From Botryllus schlosseri (Eukaryota), in NCBI GenBank assembly GCA_051294905.1, contig CM119372.1, positions 38,318,001-38,382,000 of the forward strand: 64,000 bases of DNA, written 5' to 3'. The notes under the pieces were generated by a model, which saw nothing but the letters and a program-made list of their open reading frames with translations, had not been told where the DNA came from and ran no database searches. Below are positions 36,791-50,684 of this stretch, in pieces; the first letter of the stretch is position 1, and the number at the start of each line of letters is the position of its first letter. The position numbers and the translations under genes are program-made.

Positions 36791-38269
36791 GAGCGTGGAG
36801 AGATTGTGATGTCATAAGTCATCGGATGTTGTTTACCGTTGCACACTTGAAGTTTGAATTATCGTCCGTACCGGCGAATTGTATTTCCGAGATCATAGCG
36901 ATGGAAGGGAATATGAATGAAGTTCTTCGTTGAGATGAGTTGAGCAAGAGATAGTTCGGGTTATTATTGAAATTTAAACATGCTTGCTTAGATGTGTATT
37001 GGTAGTCAAATGGTGTTTCGAATAGCAGATCAGTCATATTACACTGTAATTGCTTTTTTGCGTTAGGCTTGTAAAATAGGACTTGATATGAATGCTGACT
37101 TTGACTTTTCCGTGGCCTGAAAGGTCAGGTTGGTGGCAGTGAACAGCGTGATACTTGTCAAGTGTTCTGAACGTAATACGTATTACCGGTCCGTTGATAT
37201 TTCAATGCTAAACCGCGGAAGTGTGTAGTTAAACCCTCGCCGAGTTTTGACGTGTTATAGTTATGGCTTTGACATCATTTGTTAGTGCATTCATGAATGT
37301 AGGCTATGTATATTAACGGAACATGGGATATGCTCAAACCATCTATTGTCTCTGTCTGCAATATCTGTGACTGAATTTACAATCGTTGATGTTCGTTACA
37401 ACGGTTGGCATTTCAACTGTTCAGCCAAATACTATATCTTGTAATAATTTCTGATTAACATTTGTGATACTCATTTCAGTCAACCTACGAGTTATTTTGT
37501 TGCTATAGGTAGCCTTTATTTTACAACTGGAGACTGAAGCCATGAAGTGATTGCGATATGCCCAAATATCCGTGGGTAGAAGTCTGATGGTGAATTGAAA
37601 ATACTGCAGCGTTGGCTCTAAGCTTTGGTTCAACCTGCAGCGACAATGTCCATGATCAGCCGACTATCACTACTAATGATATCTGGCTGACAGTACATCG
37701 CACGAATATGAGGCCAGTGGAATTACCCAGATATCAGAGACCAGTCCAAGCCTATACTTGGGATATATCATTCACAATTGGGCTCTGAATGAAGTTAGCG
37801 TGCCACACAGTGAGCTGGATGCTGATGGTAGCTGTGCGTTGCCTTCATACTATTCTTCCCGCCAAGACACTTGTTTGGCACTTGTTTGGCACTTGTTTGA
37901 TAAACCAGATCTTATCTGTATTTCAATTCAAGAGCAGCAATGGTTGTATCAAACTTTTCCCGGAAAGAAGATCTCTCTGTATCTCAACTGAAATCAATGT
38001 GTCGTTTTATGCATTTCATATAACTGTCTGTTTGTATTTGACCGGTATTTTGAATGTATGCTCGTGCTGGATTTTATTATAACTAACACGACAATGAAAA
38101 TATATTGTCAAATTGTGATGTCTTGCAACATAAGGTTAATATATCTGCCAGAAAGCAACAATGATTCAGGTAGCGACAGGGTTACTAGCGGTTGTAAGCT
38201 GCAGTAGCGAGAGGGTTGATCAACGGCAACAAAAGGGTTAATGTGTCTGCGGCTGAAGTGCGAAAATTG

Positions 38270-40950
38270 GGGCATCCCTAAAAGACGGAAAAACGGAAAC
38301 TGCGGAAAACGAACCCTAAAACGCGGAAATAACGGAAACAGCGGAAACAATAAAAAATGCTGATTCCTAAAAGACGGAAAGAGCGGAAAACTTTACCATC
38401 GATTAAATAGCGGACTTTGATACTGACATAATCTGTTCGCTGCGGAATCTAAATTAGCCGAAAACGGAGCGTAGCCGAAACAGCGGAAAAGTTAACCATA
38501 CGAGTTTGAGGCAAATTTGACGGAAGATTGACCATCGATTAAAGAGACGACTTCAATACTGACATAATCCGCTGGCTGCGGAATCTAAATCAGCGGAAAA
38601 CAGAACGTAGCCGAAGCAGCGGAAACAGCGGAAAAGTTAACCATACGAGTTTGAGGCAAATGATACTGGCATAATCTGCTTGTTGTGGAATCTAAATCAG
38701 CGCAAAACAGAACGTAGCCTACGCAGCGGAAACAGCGGAAAAGTTACCCATACGAGTTTGAGGCAAATTTGACGAAAGATTAACCATCGATTAAAGAGAG
38801 GACTTTAATACTGACATAATCTGCTGGCTGCGGAATCTAAATCAGCGGAAAACAGAACGTAGCCGAAGCAGCGGAAACAGCGGAAAAGTTAACCATACGA
38901 GTTTGAGGCCAATGATACTGGCATAATCTGCTTGTTGTGGAATCTAAATCAGCGGAAAACAGAACGTAGCCTACGCAGCGGAAAAGGTAACCATACGAGT
39001 TTGAGGCAAATTTGACGGAAGATTGACCATCGATTAAAGAGAGGACTTTAATACTGACATAATCTGCTCGCTGCGGAATATAAATCAGCGGAAATTAGTC
39101 CAAGAAAGAGAGACCATGCCTAGTAGCCTAACTGATGTTTTGATATACGTTCTTCTGCCGATATACTCAATACAATACAGTTTATTCGATGTTGATACAG
39201 TGTAGCCTAGGTAGTAAGCGCTAGCTTTCAAGCGGAACTGGTCGGCATAATTGGATTTATTCGCTGTTTGGTGAATCGAAGAGCAAAACATAACTGCTTA
39301 TACCTCGCTGACATGCTTATCTGGGTCAACTTGGAATAATGAACAACAATAACTTCGCACTTATTAGAAAGTGAAATTCAATCTCTACCAAATAAACAGC
39401 ATCACTTCACAGCATCACACACTGTAAACGAAAATGGTGTGTTTTCGCAATTTACTCCATAGCGCAGGGCATATTTCAAGTCATCACACCTTTTGGGTAC
39501 TAAAATTATTATTTGCACCCATCCTAGTGGGGTGGGTGGGAATAAGCCTAATACACCCATACCATACCATACCATTAAAAACACACCCCAAGCATTGGCA
39601 TTTCGGGTGGATTATCAGTGATTACACCTTTTTTCAGGCACTTATGATAAACAGGCAGGGGGGCGACAAGTGTGCACTGTGCAGTGCATCATTGTTAAAA
39701 ATTCAGTCTTATCAATGTGCTGATCACTGTATGAGCAGTGAGCACTCGTCTGCTGTGGCAAACTGTAGGTCGTGTAGGACATTGTCTTTGGGGCGGGGGT
39801 GAATTATCAATCGAAACGCGTGGTTTTGCCCACTTTATTGTTGTTCGTGTCTTCAAGGCTTCTTGGGTAGGCCTATTTACATTCTTGCTACATCGGCAAT
39901 AAATGAATAACAGCCATGACCGCGAAATCATATTGTAATTCACAATTACCGTATACTGAGACCGATACTACTATATACTGTGGCCGATATCTCTCAAGTG
40001 TGTGGAAAAAATACGGCAAATTGTCAAGTTGCCAATGAAATGGTTTATAATTTCCTTCATGCCACTCAAATGCACAATTGTAAAACGTAGGTACATGTAC
40101 GACACGTACGGTACAAAATACCTCGGGCCTATTCCAAATATATCTTCCGCTACTCCACGTTTTCGGCTTTTAGATTCCGCAGCCAGCAGATTATGTCAGT
40201 ATTAAAGTCCTCTCTTTAATCGATGGTCAATCTTCGGTCAAATTTGCCTCAAACTAGTATGGTTAAATTTTCCGCTGTTTCTGCTGCGTAGGCTACGGTC
40301 CGTTTTCCGCTGATTTATATTCCGCAGCCAGCAGATTATGTCAGTATCAAAGCCCGCTATGTAATCGATGGTCAAATTTGCCGTCATATTCGCCTCAAAC
40401 TGGTATGGTTAAATTTTCCGCTGTTTCCGCTGCTTCGGCTACGTTCTGTTTTCCGCTGATTTATATTCCGCAGCAAGCAGATTATGTCAGTATCAAAGTC
40501 CTCTCTTTAATCGATGGTCAATCTTCCGTCAAACTTGCCTCAAACTGGTATGGTTAAATTTTCCGCTGTTTCCGCTGCGTAGGCTACGGTCCGTTTTCCG
40601 CTGATTTAGATTCCGCAGCCAGCAGATTATGTCAGTATTCAGGTCCTCTCTTTAATCGATGGTCAATCTTCCGTCAAATTTGCCTCAAACCCGTATGGTT
40701 AACTTTTCCGCTGCTTCAGCTACGCTCCGTTTTCCGCTGATTTGGATTCCGCAGCCAGCAGATTATGTCAGTATCAAAGTCCGCTATTTAATGGATGATT
40801 AAGTTTACCGCTGTTTCCGCTTTTCCGCGCTTTCCGTCTTTTAGGAATCAGCAGTTTTTATTGTTTCCGCTATTTCCGTTATTTCCGCGTTTTAGGGTTC
40901 GTTTTCCGCAGTTTCCGCTATTTCCGCTTTTCCGTCTTTCAGGGATGCCC
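38270..40950. mobile_element. Foldback/Mutator-like (MULE) non-autonomous element with ~800-bp modular TIRs
   Basis: Termini gggcatccct / agggatgccc; exact 9-bp TSD cgaaaattg at 38261-38269 and 40951-40959; arms made of ~100-140-bp tandem units in inverted orientation. Confidence 0.92.
39638..39764 (+). pseudogene. Exon-like fragment encoding a U1/matrin-type C2H2 zinc finger inside the foldback element
   Basis: ttttttcag acceptor and gtaggt donor; CALC-x14-H-CMSSE-H. Confidence 0.45.
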
Positions 40951-41697
40951 CGAAAATTGTTTCTTTTGAAGCATCATTCTGACATCGACTGCGCGTAATA
41001 CGCCGGACGATCGCTTCCCGTTTTGTTGACTGGGTATCTATTCCCTGCCTTTTGCAAACTCGTCATCTCGTATAATTTTAACTAAAAACGCGTGCAAAAT
41101 GTGTTTGGTGTGCGTTTTAGAAGGAGGTCACTCGCAAAGCTGACTTGTTCATTCCTTAGAATCTCATCTTAATTGCCTGTTTAGTCCGAATCAAAATTCT
41201 ATATAACAACATTTTCAGTCTCGTGAACAAATGTGGAAAATTTAAAGCTGTCTGATTACATTTCCGTCAGAAATTGGGCTGCATCAAGGCCCTTCATTGG
41301 TGGTTCCGATAAGCAATGGATATATTCCTACAATGCTATTAATAGTATAGGTACACCTCATCCTCCCCGTAAATCGATGTTGATTCTAGAATTATCACTG
41401 GGCTAAGCGAGTTCTCGACTAGAACTAGTAGATTTAGGTCCAGTAGCGAAACTGGTCGAACAACTGCAACAATGACGAAATTGCGCTGGAACTTTTTCAG
41501 AGTGTTCAGAAACGAAGACGCACAGACCCAACACCGTATTGGTTTATTCAGATTCTTGCAACAAAAAATTCTTCGCGTGATCTTCTGTCGATATCGGTGT
41601 AATCAGTGGAAATGATAAGTTCATATTTTACTATAGTTCTGTCTTTCAGCAATGAAAACCTTCCTTCTGGTCACTTTAATATCGATAAACATATAAA

Positions 41698-43764
41698 TCC
41701 TTAAAAAACGAATTTCTGAAAGTTGTTGGTCTGACCCTGTCAAAATGTTCCTTTTGGTTAAAAAAACAGCCTGTGTAAAATTTTATTGATATTCATTGAT
41801 GTTCAGAGGTGGCTCAATGGATCCGAAATACTACCCATATTAGGTATAGGGCACAAATGGTCACTTCATAGTTGCTGTTGGGTCTACGCTTGAAAGCCTG
41901 GATTACCCCGTCAAGGTATTATCTGATTGATCATTGGCAGTGGAGCCATGATGACCAATATCATTTTATTTTGCCAAGTAGGCTCCTCTTGAGGATGTTG
42001 GGGCACATTTTTGCGGAGGTCAGCAACAACCCCAAATGCAAACTGCAGTAGCTCCTCATTTTTTGTGAGGTTAGCAAAAATATCCTCAATCGTTGCTTGG
42101 GGCGTTCTGTTTGGTCGTTAGAGACAAACAATGTGAGTCTCAAGGCAGAGTTCCCGCAACCCTCGATGCTAGCTCGACAACAATTTAAACTGTGAACGAA
42201 ACATCCAGACCTTCGAAAGTTTTGATCACTTTCGCCATCCATAGATCTTGGTGCATGTCTCCGGGAGCATCAATGTGGATGCCTCGAAAAGGGACAGCGT
42301 CAAGGAAAATAAAGGCCAGCCCCAGTAGTTCTCTGTAATGATCTCACGTCTGAGTGACTTTCACAGCTGTCTCCAATACATTCGCCATTTCATTTGTCAT
42401 GTCAGCCACAGCATTGGACGTATACTGATCAGTTGAGGAGTTCTCAAATGTAGTGTGGTTAATATGACGTCGTCTTCTCTTGAAGCACTTGAACAAGAAA
42501 ACATCAGGAGCAGATGAAGTTACCAGTGCTTCCGAAAAGACTGATGCAGGCCAAGCATCTGCTCTACAAGAATGCAGGTTCTTTAGTACGGACCGGCATC
42601 GAAGCATATTCCTGGATCTTTTTCTTTGAATCCCCGTCTTTCAGAATAGAAAAGATAGCCTCCGCTTGTGCTTTTCATATCGTCTAGCTAGATCAGTGGT
42701 TCCCAACCTGTGGGGCGCGCCCCCCTTAGGGGGTCGTTAAAGCATCTGAAGGGGGCGTGAAGAAGCGATCAACTGAAAAATTATTTCGCGCTCGGCGCGA
42801 TTCACCTCCAATTCACGCGTGTCATAACATTCCCTGCCATCAAACCATCTGTTGAGGTTGCTAGCATTCTGGTTGGATTTTGTGATATGACGAAACTTTT
42901 CAATATCATAAAGAGGGGCGTGTCTAAAAAAAGGTTGGTAACCACTGAGCTAGATGGTAACTTTGGGAATGAGTAGTAGCTGTGATTGGCCAGTATTTGT
43001 CACTAGCATAGGCAGTACGTCAACAGTCTCCATTCCAGTGACATCTGGGATTAGTTTGCCATCCCCTTGCACAATGAGTGGAAAGTGTGGGTCTAACCAA
43101 TATTTAATTTCTTCAGAGATGATTATGCTATTAACTATTGAAGGAACTATTGAAGCGTGTAATTATCAACTTGACAAACATTCGGCAGAAGACTATTCAA
43201 CTTAACGACGAATAAATCACCAATTACTTCGAGAAACTCGCGTCTTTCAGATGTTTTTATTGAATATCAGGATGCGTAGAGGATGTATCAACCTAGTTTC
43301 ATTGCCGCAAACACTTTTATCAGCACATTATCTATCACCAGCTACCAGGCGTAACGTTCCATTGCCTTAGTTGAGGAGTTTTCTGGCCATATCACAAAGG
43401 ACAGGGAGCAACTGCAAATTGCATTTGGAGTTTTTGCTGACCAACGCGAAAAAGGTCCCTAACACCCTGAAGCTGACTTTACTTGGCAACTGAAATTGCT
43501 ATTGGTCATCAAGACACCCCAGTCAATGAGCAGCTAATACCCACGCGACGGAATCCAGGCTTAAACGTTGGTCAGAAAGCAGCTATAGACTTGACTATAT
43601 CTACTTTACACTGCAAATGGGTAGAATTTCGGATCCTTTGAGCCACCTCTAAAGATTAATGAATGTCAATAAAATTTCACACATGGTGTTATTTAGCTAG
43701 AAGGAACATTTTGGCAGGGTCAGACAAACAACTTTCCAAAATTCGTTTTTTAAGGACCACCCTA
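41698..43764 (-). mobile_element. Second decayed hATm copy (paralog of 25889-29147), left terminus eroded
   Basis: Colinear similarity with the first copy; right TIR aaggaccacccta. Confidence 0.85.
42694..42947. mobile_element. hAT MITE nested in the second hATm copy
   Basis: cagtggttcccaacc / ggttggtaaccactg; exact TSD agctagat. Confidence 0.92.
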
Positions 43765-43868
43765 ATATACATGTTATTTTATCACATAAGATGAGCGAAA
43801 GTGCGATTGGATTTCGGCGAAAAGTACGGTGCGGAATGAAATTATAATATTTACGCAAAAGTACTTAC

Positions 43869-43982
43869 GTTTTTTGTTCGGCCTGCACCAAAAAGCAAGT
43901 CTTGATGTTTGCAAGAATGCCAACGGCACAAGGAATGAAAATATGACTGAGACGGTAATAAAGACCCAGATTTTGACGTGAT
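43869..43982 (-). CDS. Putative transmembrane-segment exon of a minus-strand membrane protein gene
   Basis: tatctttcag acceptor and gtaagt donor, phase 1-1; HVKIWVFITVSVIFSFLVPLAFLQTSRLAFWCRPNKK (hydrophobic run then basic residues). Confidence 0.45.
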
Positions 43983-44684
43983 CTGAAAGATACAGTAAAT
44001 TATCAGTCGTCACACTAGCACAGGTGTCCGGGACCTTGTTCGTTGAGAAGCTGTATTGTACCTTACACTCTCAACGAAAAAAGTGTTTATATTCACACAC
44101 GCATAACACCTGTGGTACGCGAAATCAGAACATGACTCAGACCTACACCACGGTATGAGTCAAATCACTACATTTTAATCCAAATCATGCTTGTAGGTAT
44201 ACCGATGTAAGAAAATATGCATGTAGGCACGTACGATTTATAACCGCGATATAATTCTGAGTTAGGTTATGTTTTATTTTACCACATTTGGGTGTGAATA
44301 CACTCTTTTGGCTAAGAGTGTACGTTTTCAATTTTAGGTCCCAAGGAGCAATACGGCAATGTCAACCAGCTGTGGCGTGACAAATGAGTATGTGACTTTC
44401 TGGTGGCATGAAATTGGATGTCACTACATCATATGTTTCGGAGGTAAAACAATATGAGATGGTATAACATCTGGACTAAACAGTAAACAGCCAGTAGCCA
44501 GAGAATCAATCATTTTGTGAGGGGAAAAATTTTATTTATGGATTTAGGGGAGCTCTCCATGGAAACATCACACAGATCCGCCCCATCCTGCCATGGGCAA
44601 TTTTATCACAATCCTTTATACATACGATTCATAGACGCACGCACACAGACATACACAGACACACACCCTACCAAAGTGTGGGGT

Positions 44685-44860
44685 TATCTAGGCTCCTCCT
44701 CGCCATCTGATCCGCGTAAGTGGTGTCTTATAAAAAGCCTATAGAAGCGGGTCGCGCTAAAATTTGGCAGCTACGGAATAAAAAATCAAGGCAAATCGGC
44801 CTGGTGTAAATGACCAATGACCATAGTAGTCGACAAACACCATGATTATCACAAACAAAC
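44685..44860 (+). mobile_element. 3' fragment of the same SINE family
   Basis: Reverse-complement similarity to 61940-62125. Confidence 0.6.
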
Positions 44861-46545
44861 ACACCCTGCCAGTTGCGAATATATGTCTGGTACTAGGCGA
44901 TCCATTCCCGGACGAGCCCAAATCGCTAGTAATAATGGATATTGACCAATCCGTTTCAACAAAGTCGTGAGTCAATATAATTTATCGAGCGACTGCGTGT
45001 CTCCTGTGCACATTTTCGGGCCGCATAGTCGTCCATATGACCGTTTCATCACGGTAAGCAGATCTGATCGAAACGTTTGGAATTATACGACCTACCATAT
45101 TTTCAGTTGCCTTTTTAACCGCGCAACACGTTAATGTGATGTCCGATACAACTTATCCGTATCACTCGTCGTCTTGTGGTTTACAGGCCTTGTAATATGG
45201 AGAGGCGCCATATCGTCACACTTTACAAAAAATTATAGAACCGCTGTTCTATAGAAGGCTATTACGAATGAAATGAAAATATGCATCTCATGCATGGAAT
45301 ATAGCAACACAAATTCAGCTCTATACACCATCCGAATTTGTCAGTATCCCGGTTTCGGCGTACCATGGGAGCGTAATTAGGACTACTTTTCGAAACTAGC
45401 TGGTTGACTAGTTTTCAAATATAGCATATTCTAATTCTACTCGAAGTGGATTTGGGATGCTTAAAAACGCTGCACTGATACTCGTACATGATCAGAATTC
45501 TGCGTCGCTATACTTCTACTCGAATATCCTTCTTGGCTACTTCGATCACCTCTGGCCTTATACGTGTTGGGGAATTTCGTCGAATGATATAATTATTTAA
45601 CTAAATCGCTAGTTACTTTATTGTGTGCGGTTTGATCCTAATTATATAAATAAAGCTAATTATGAACGCTAATGGATCAAGAAAATATATGGCCCGTGGA
45701 TAGGCATCGGCATGCGAATAAGCTACACTCAAAATACCAGCATTCTGTCGAAATGATACATTTTCTTATCTATGTGCGTCTATAAATAATATGTTGTTAT
45801 TACAATATCACCGAATCAGAGGTTGGGCAATCCAACCATCGCCCAACGGGATGAGCTGCTGATGATTTATAAGAATATTGATAGTTAAATTAATAGTTGG
45901 CCGGGGTGACGTTGTATACCATATTTAATATTTACTTCAAAGATCGCCCTGATAAAAGTCATTGGGAATCAGTCTAAGCTCGGCTGCTATCAGTGGTGTA
46001 TACAGACTATGCATTGCTTGGGGGTTCAATGGAAACACAAATTCCAATATGACCACCATAATGTTTCATGGAAACATATTATCGTGATTCTAGTACTGTT
46101 CGCGGTTAACCTCGAGCAGAGATACTCATTTTTTTTAGCAAAGGCTCGGTTACTCGAGTTTTAAAATTTGTTTCAGGTCCGTTTTAACTCTCATGATATA
46201 ATCCACACAATTCACAGTCATACTACCTATATAAGATCCGGTAAAGCGGTATGAGCAAAAGCGATGAGGGGAATGTATTTATTCTGTTATTCATAGGTAC
46301 TGACAGGAGTGTCATTTTTTGATATCGAAATAGACCTGAGTATTCGGCTGACACTAGTCATGGGTAATCGTCAGCAACTGTATAGAATTGGAAGAACAAT
46401 GTATACCAAATATATGTAAGAAAGTCTCTATAAGTTTCCCAAAATCTGTGAAATTCACATGACATCCTGTGGCCAGCAACAGAGCAGCTCGAAGCTCGCT
46501 GTGGCCGGTGCTTCCCCCGTTCTGATATTGATTTTCTACGGTAAG

Positions 46546-47665
46546 CAGAGATGGCCACAGTCCGGTTCAGGAGCCGGAGCCGGAGCAGGATTTTGATGAA
46601 TTTTACTGTGGCCGGATCGGAGCCGGATTCTGAAACTGCCATATGAGCCGGATTTAAACTGGATTTGATATTCAAATCTTGGGTGATAAAAGGTTCAAGA
46701 TATCTTATATTCAATGAAAAAAGCTGCTTCCATATTATTTCCACAGTTGAATGCATTCATTGCTATGGATCAAGCCCATGCGAGTTCCGACAATAAATGA
46801 CAACGTTGAAACCGCTGATATCGGTCACGTCGTTGAAATGCGTAAGCAACATACGGTAAGTAAAGTTTCTGCAATAATGAGATTACTGCTGGATGAGATG
46901 AGGACGAAGTCAGGCTCCAACAAGCGAGCTGCAGAAGTATTTGTTTTCGAATTCAGTTGTTCCTCAGATGTTGATTCTTATACTTCCTGTTCATTAGCCA
47001 TTAGGGTACTTGATATCAGTTGTCAGGATGACAAAAAAGCAAAGTATCGGTGTTGTTGCAGAATGCAGAGGTAACGGGTTGGTGGTTCTGATTTCTGATG
47101 TCATTTGGAATGATTGTGTGGTAATGTATGAATATATGCTGGCATGGTCAATTAGTCATGTTTATGATGTTGGAAACACACTAGAACTGAAGTACCACCG
47201 GCACTCTCTGATTGATTGTGAACATCATCATGCTGTTGCTGATTATATAATATTATATATATTTCCTATTCATTGCTGCTCTATCAAATGATCATTTTGA
47301 TTGATTCATCCATTTTGTTTGATACATGTCTGTTCTGTGAAAATTTAGTTCCATTCTTCAGTAGTACTATAGGCCTAGTTGTCTTGGTCAAGTCACAATT
47401 CAATCACAATATCTGATTTTGTTGTTGGCATCATGGCATGCCTGGGTTACTATGTTTACCCTCTCCGTAAAGCCACTAATATTGCTTTCTCTGTTCTCAC
47501 AGTCTTCAGGATCAGGATTATGGGTTATTTTCGTTGGTACCGGATCGGACCGGATTGTGATTTTCAAAAAAATGTCGGATCCGGATTGGACCGGATTGTG
47601 ATTTTTAAAAAACAGGTTAGACTTGGATTTTGAGCATTTCAAAATCCGGACTCGGGCACGTTGGT
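46546..47665. mobile_element. hAT-like MITE with ccgga subrepeats
   Basis: Starts cagagatggccacagtccgg; ccggat repeats near both ends; boundaries approximate. Confidence 0.45.
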
Positions 47666-48103
47666 TTCGTAACCAGAAGTGAGGGCCCGCGGGAGAGAAG
47701 AATTATTGCCAGTGTTGCCAATTGACGCATTTAGAAGCCAAATTACAGAATTTAGGCACATTTTCATGCTGGTTAGCACCGCTGTTTCCGCTATTCCGTA
47801 TTTTAGGAATGCCCGTATGGCACATTGGCACATTCGAATTTCTTCAACCAGAGCTATGTAAATTTGGTAACAGCACATTAGATCTTATCAAGTGCTGTTT
47901 ACATGAGCACCTAAAGAAGTATTTGATGTTAGAAAGAATTGTAGAGATATGGAATTGATGTTCGCATATAGCTGCATATCGAAATATTAGGTCCAGGTCA
48001 CTTTATCTCAGAGGTCTCAAACACGCGGCCCGCCAGATCATTTCGTGCGGCGCGCGTCAGCATTTTGGATTTTTGAGTATTCGACAATATTTAACTGCCA
48101 CAT

Positions 48104-50684
48104 TACGGTGGAGTGAAAAATGAAAATTTTTGAATTTCAAAAAAGGGTCTTGATATGTGGTGCCAAATAGTAAACAAATAAATTCTATCATAATTTTGGG
48201 GTCGTACACCCTCTAGTGGTCGTGCAATTTCACCGAACGAGCCAAATACAGCTAATTTCGTCATATCTGGATCATCAGTTACACTAGAAAGTCAGTTTTG
48301 GGCTTAAAAGATGCAGAAGCAACATGTTTCTATCTCACTTCCATAGAACTTACCCTTAAAAATGAACAGAAAAAAAGTTACAAGCAAATTTCTGATTTTA
48401 TAGGTAGAATTAAGCACTGAACCAGTGGGTAGGATGTCAAAAGCGTGTAGTGATTGATCTTATGACTGAGCAACATACCCTATCAATTAAAACTACTTTT
48501 CAAAACTTGCTCAAACAAATGAAACCCCCTCCAAGCATAAATAGGGCTCGGGCATCGAATAGAGACTGCTAAAACTGTATTTAAAACAGCGTCCATTGGT
48601 AGTGCAGCGTCACGATATTGGTAAGTTTATAACAACGGCCCTCATGAGATTTCTTACCAAAATGCTGTGGTAGGGTTTGTATCATATTTGTCACAAAGCT
48701 CCTGAATGAAAGCACAAAAATTGAAAATACACATTCAGAACACAAACATCAATTCTATACTGGAAACAGAATTTTTTGTAGCAGTATCACATGAGTATCA
48801 GTGTGCGCAAACAATAAAGTCATGTTTGGTATTGAAAGATTTCATCTGCTTTCAAGACTTCAGTTTTTGTCTGATGAGGCCATCTCTACGTTTAAATCCT
48901 GAAACATTGAGCAGATGCTTATGTCACATGTCTATCCACTGCCTGGTTGTGGCAAGGATAACTGAGCCTTAATGGTGATGATCATAGGTTTCCCAGCTCG
49001 TGATCAGACAAGGTCTTGGTTGCGATGCAGGCGGCTGTTCAATATTTTTGAGATTTAAGTTGACAATTTGGTGGAAAGATTAGGCCTTGATGTTGATAAC
49101 TGGAATTTGGAAGAATCTGATGCTGGTGTCAATGTTGCTGCTCTAGGGTTTGGTTTCATTTATATATCCTCCTTCAAAGTCGTCAATTGGAACCAGATCT
49201 GCTATATTTAGAGGGTGGGCCCATCGTTCATTCAATATGGTTGACTCTCGCGTCTCAAATTTCAAAGTACCATGTGGGGCAGAGTCGTCCATCGAGAAAT
49301 CTGAACCGTCATGCTCAATTCTGCATGGAGGTCTATTTTCCGTCATGGTTTGAAATAAAAATGCATAATTTCATTGTTGATGGTGCTAAAAATTTCCACA
49401 ATATAGTTTCCCGTGTCACAAAGCTGACTGATACCCGAATTCACTATCTTGCACTATCTTTGCCACGAAGAAATGCTCATTTAGAACGTCCAGAAAATGT
49501 TTTGCTGGGAATGCTTTGGTGACGAGGAGGGAAACGTCCGAAGATTTACAGTTAACAAGATTACAGCTATGCGCAGAACAACCACACCGTACCAAATTCC
49601 AATTATGAATTTGAAGGAAGATATATAAATGACACCAAACCTAAAAACAGCGACATTGAGCATCAGTTTCTTCCAAGTTCCAGTTATCAACATCAAGGCT
49701 TAATCTTTCCACCAAATTGTCAACTTAAACCACAAAGATATTGAACAGACGCATGCAAGCAAGACCTTGTCAGATGTCGAGGTGGAAAACCTAAGATCAT
49801 CACCATTAAGGCTCAGTCATCCTTGCCACAACCAGGCAGTGGAAAGACATTAAAACGTGGTTACTGAAGCATCTACCCATGTTTCAGGATTTGACCGTAG
49901 AGATAGCCTCATCAGATAGAAACTGAAGTTTTGAAAGCAGATGAAATCTTTCAATACTAAACATGATTTTAATGTTCGTGCACACTGATACTCATGTGAT
50001 ACTGCTACAAAAATCTTCTGTTTCCAGTGTAGAATTGATGTTTGTGTTTTGAATGTGTATTTTCAATTTTTGTGCTTTCATTCAGGAGCTTTGTGACAAA
50101 TATGATACAAACCCTAAACGACAGCATTTTGGTAAGAAATCTCATGAGGGCCGTAGTTATAAACTTACCGATATCGTGACGCTGCACTACCATGGACGCT
50201 GTTTTAAATACAGTTTTAGCAGTCTCTATTCGATGCCCGAGCCCTATTTATGCTTGTAGGGGGTTTCATTTGTTTGAGCAAGTTTTGAAAAGTAGTTCTA
50301 ATTGATAGGGTATGCTGCTCAGTCATACGACCAATCACTACACGCTTTTAACATCCTACCCACTGCTTCAGTGCTTAATTTTACCTATAAAATCAGAAAT
50401 TTGCTTGTAACTTTTTTTCTGTTCATTTTTAAGAGTAAGTTCTATGGAAGTGAGATAGGAACATGTTGCTTCTGCATCTTTTAAGCCCAAAACTGACTTT
50501 CTAGTGTAAGTTATGATCAAGATATGGCGAAATTAGCTGTTTTTGGCTCGTTCGGTGAAATTGCACGACCCCTAGAGGGTGTACGAACCCGAAATTATGA
50601 TAGAATTTATTTGTTTACCATTTGGCACCACATATCAAGACCCTTTTTTGAAATTCAAAAATTTTCATTTTTCACTCCACCCTA
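48104..50684. mobile_element. Near-palindromic hATm-type derivative (arms ~1.07 kb)
   Basis: Ends tacggtggagtgaa / ttcactccacccta; exact 9-bp TSD ctgccacat; arms 48104-~49178 and ~49611-50684 carry transposase C-terminal remnants (HPCHNQAVERH). Confidence 0.9.

Noticed and set aside
38270..40950. CRISPR-like array
   Set aside because: Units are whole tandem repeats with no unique spacers; they form transposon TIRs in a eukaryotic context
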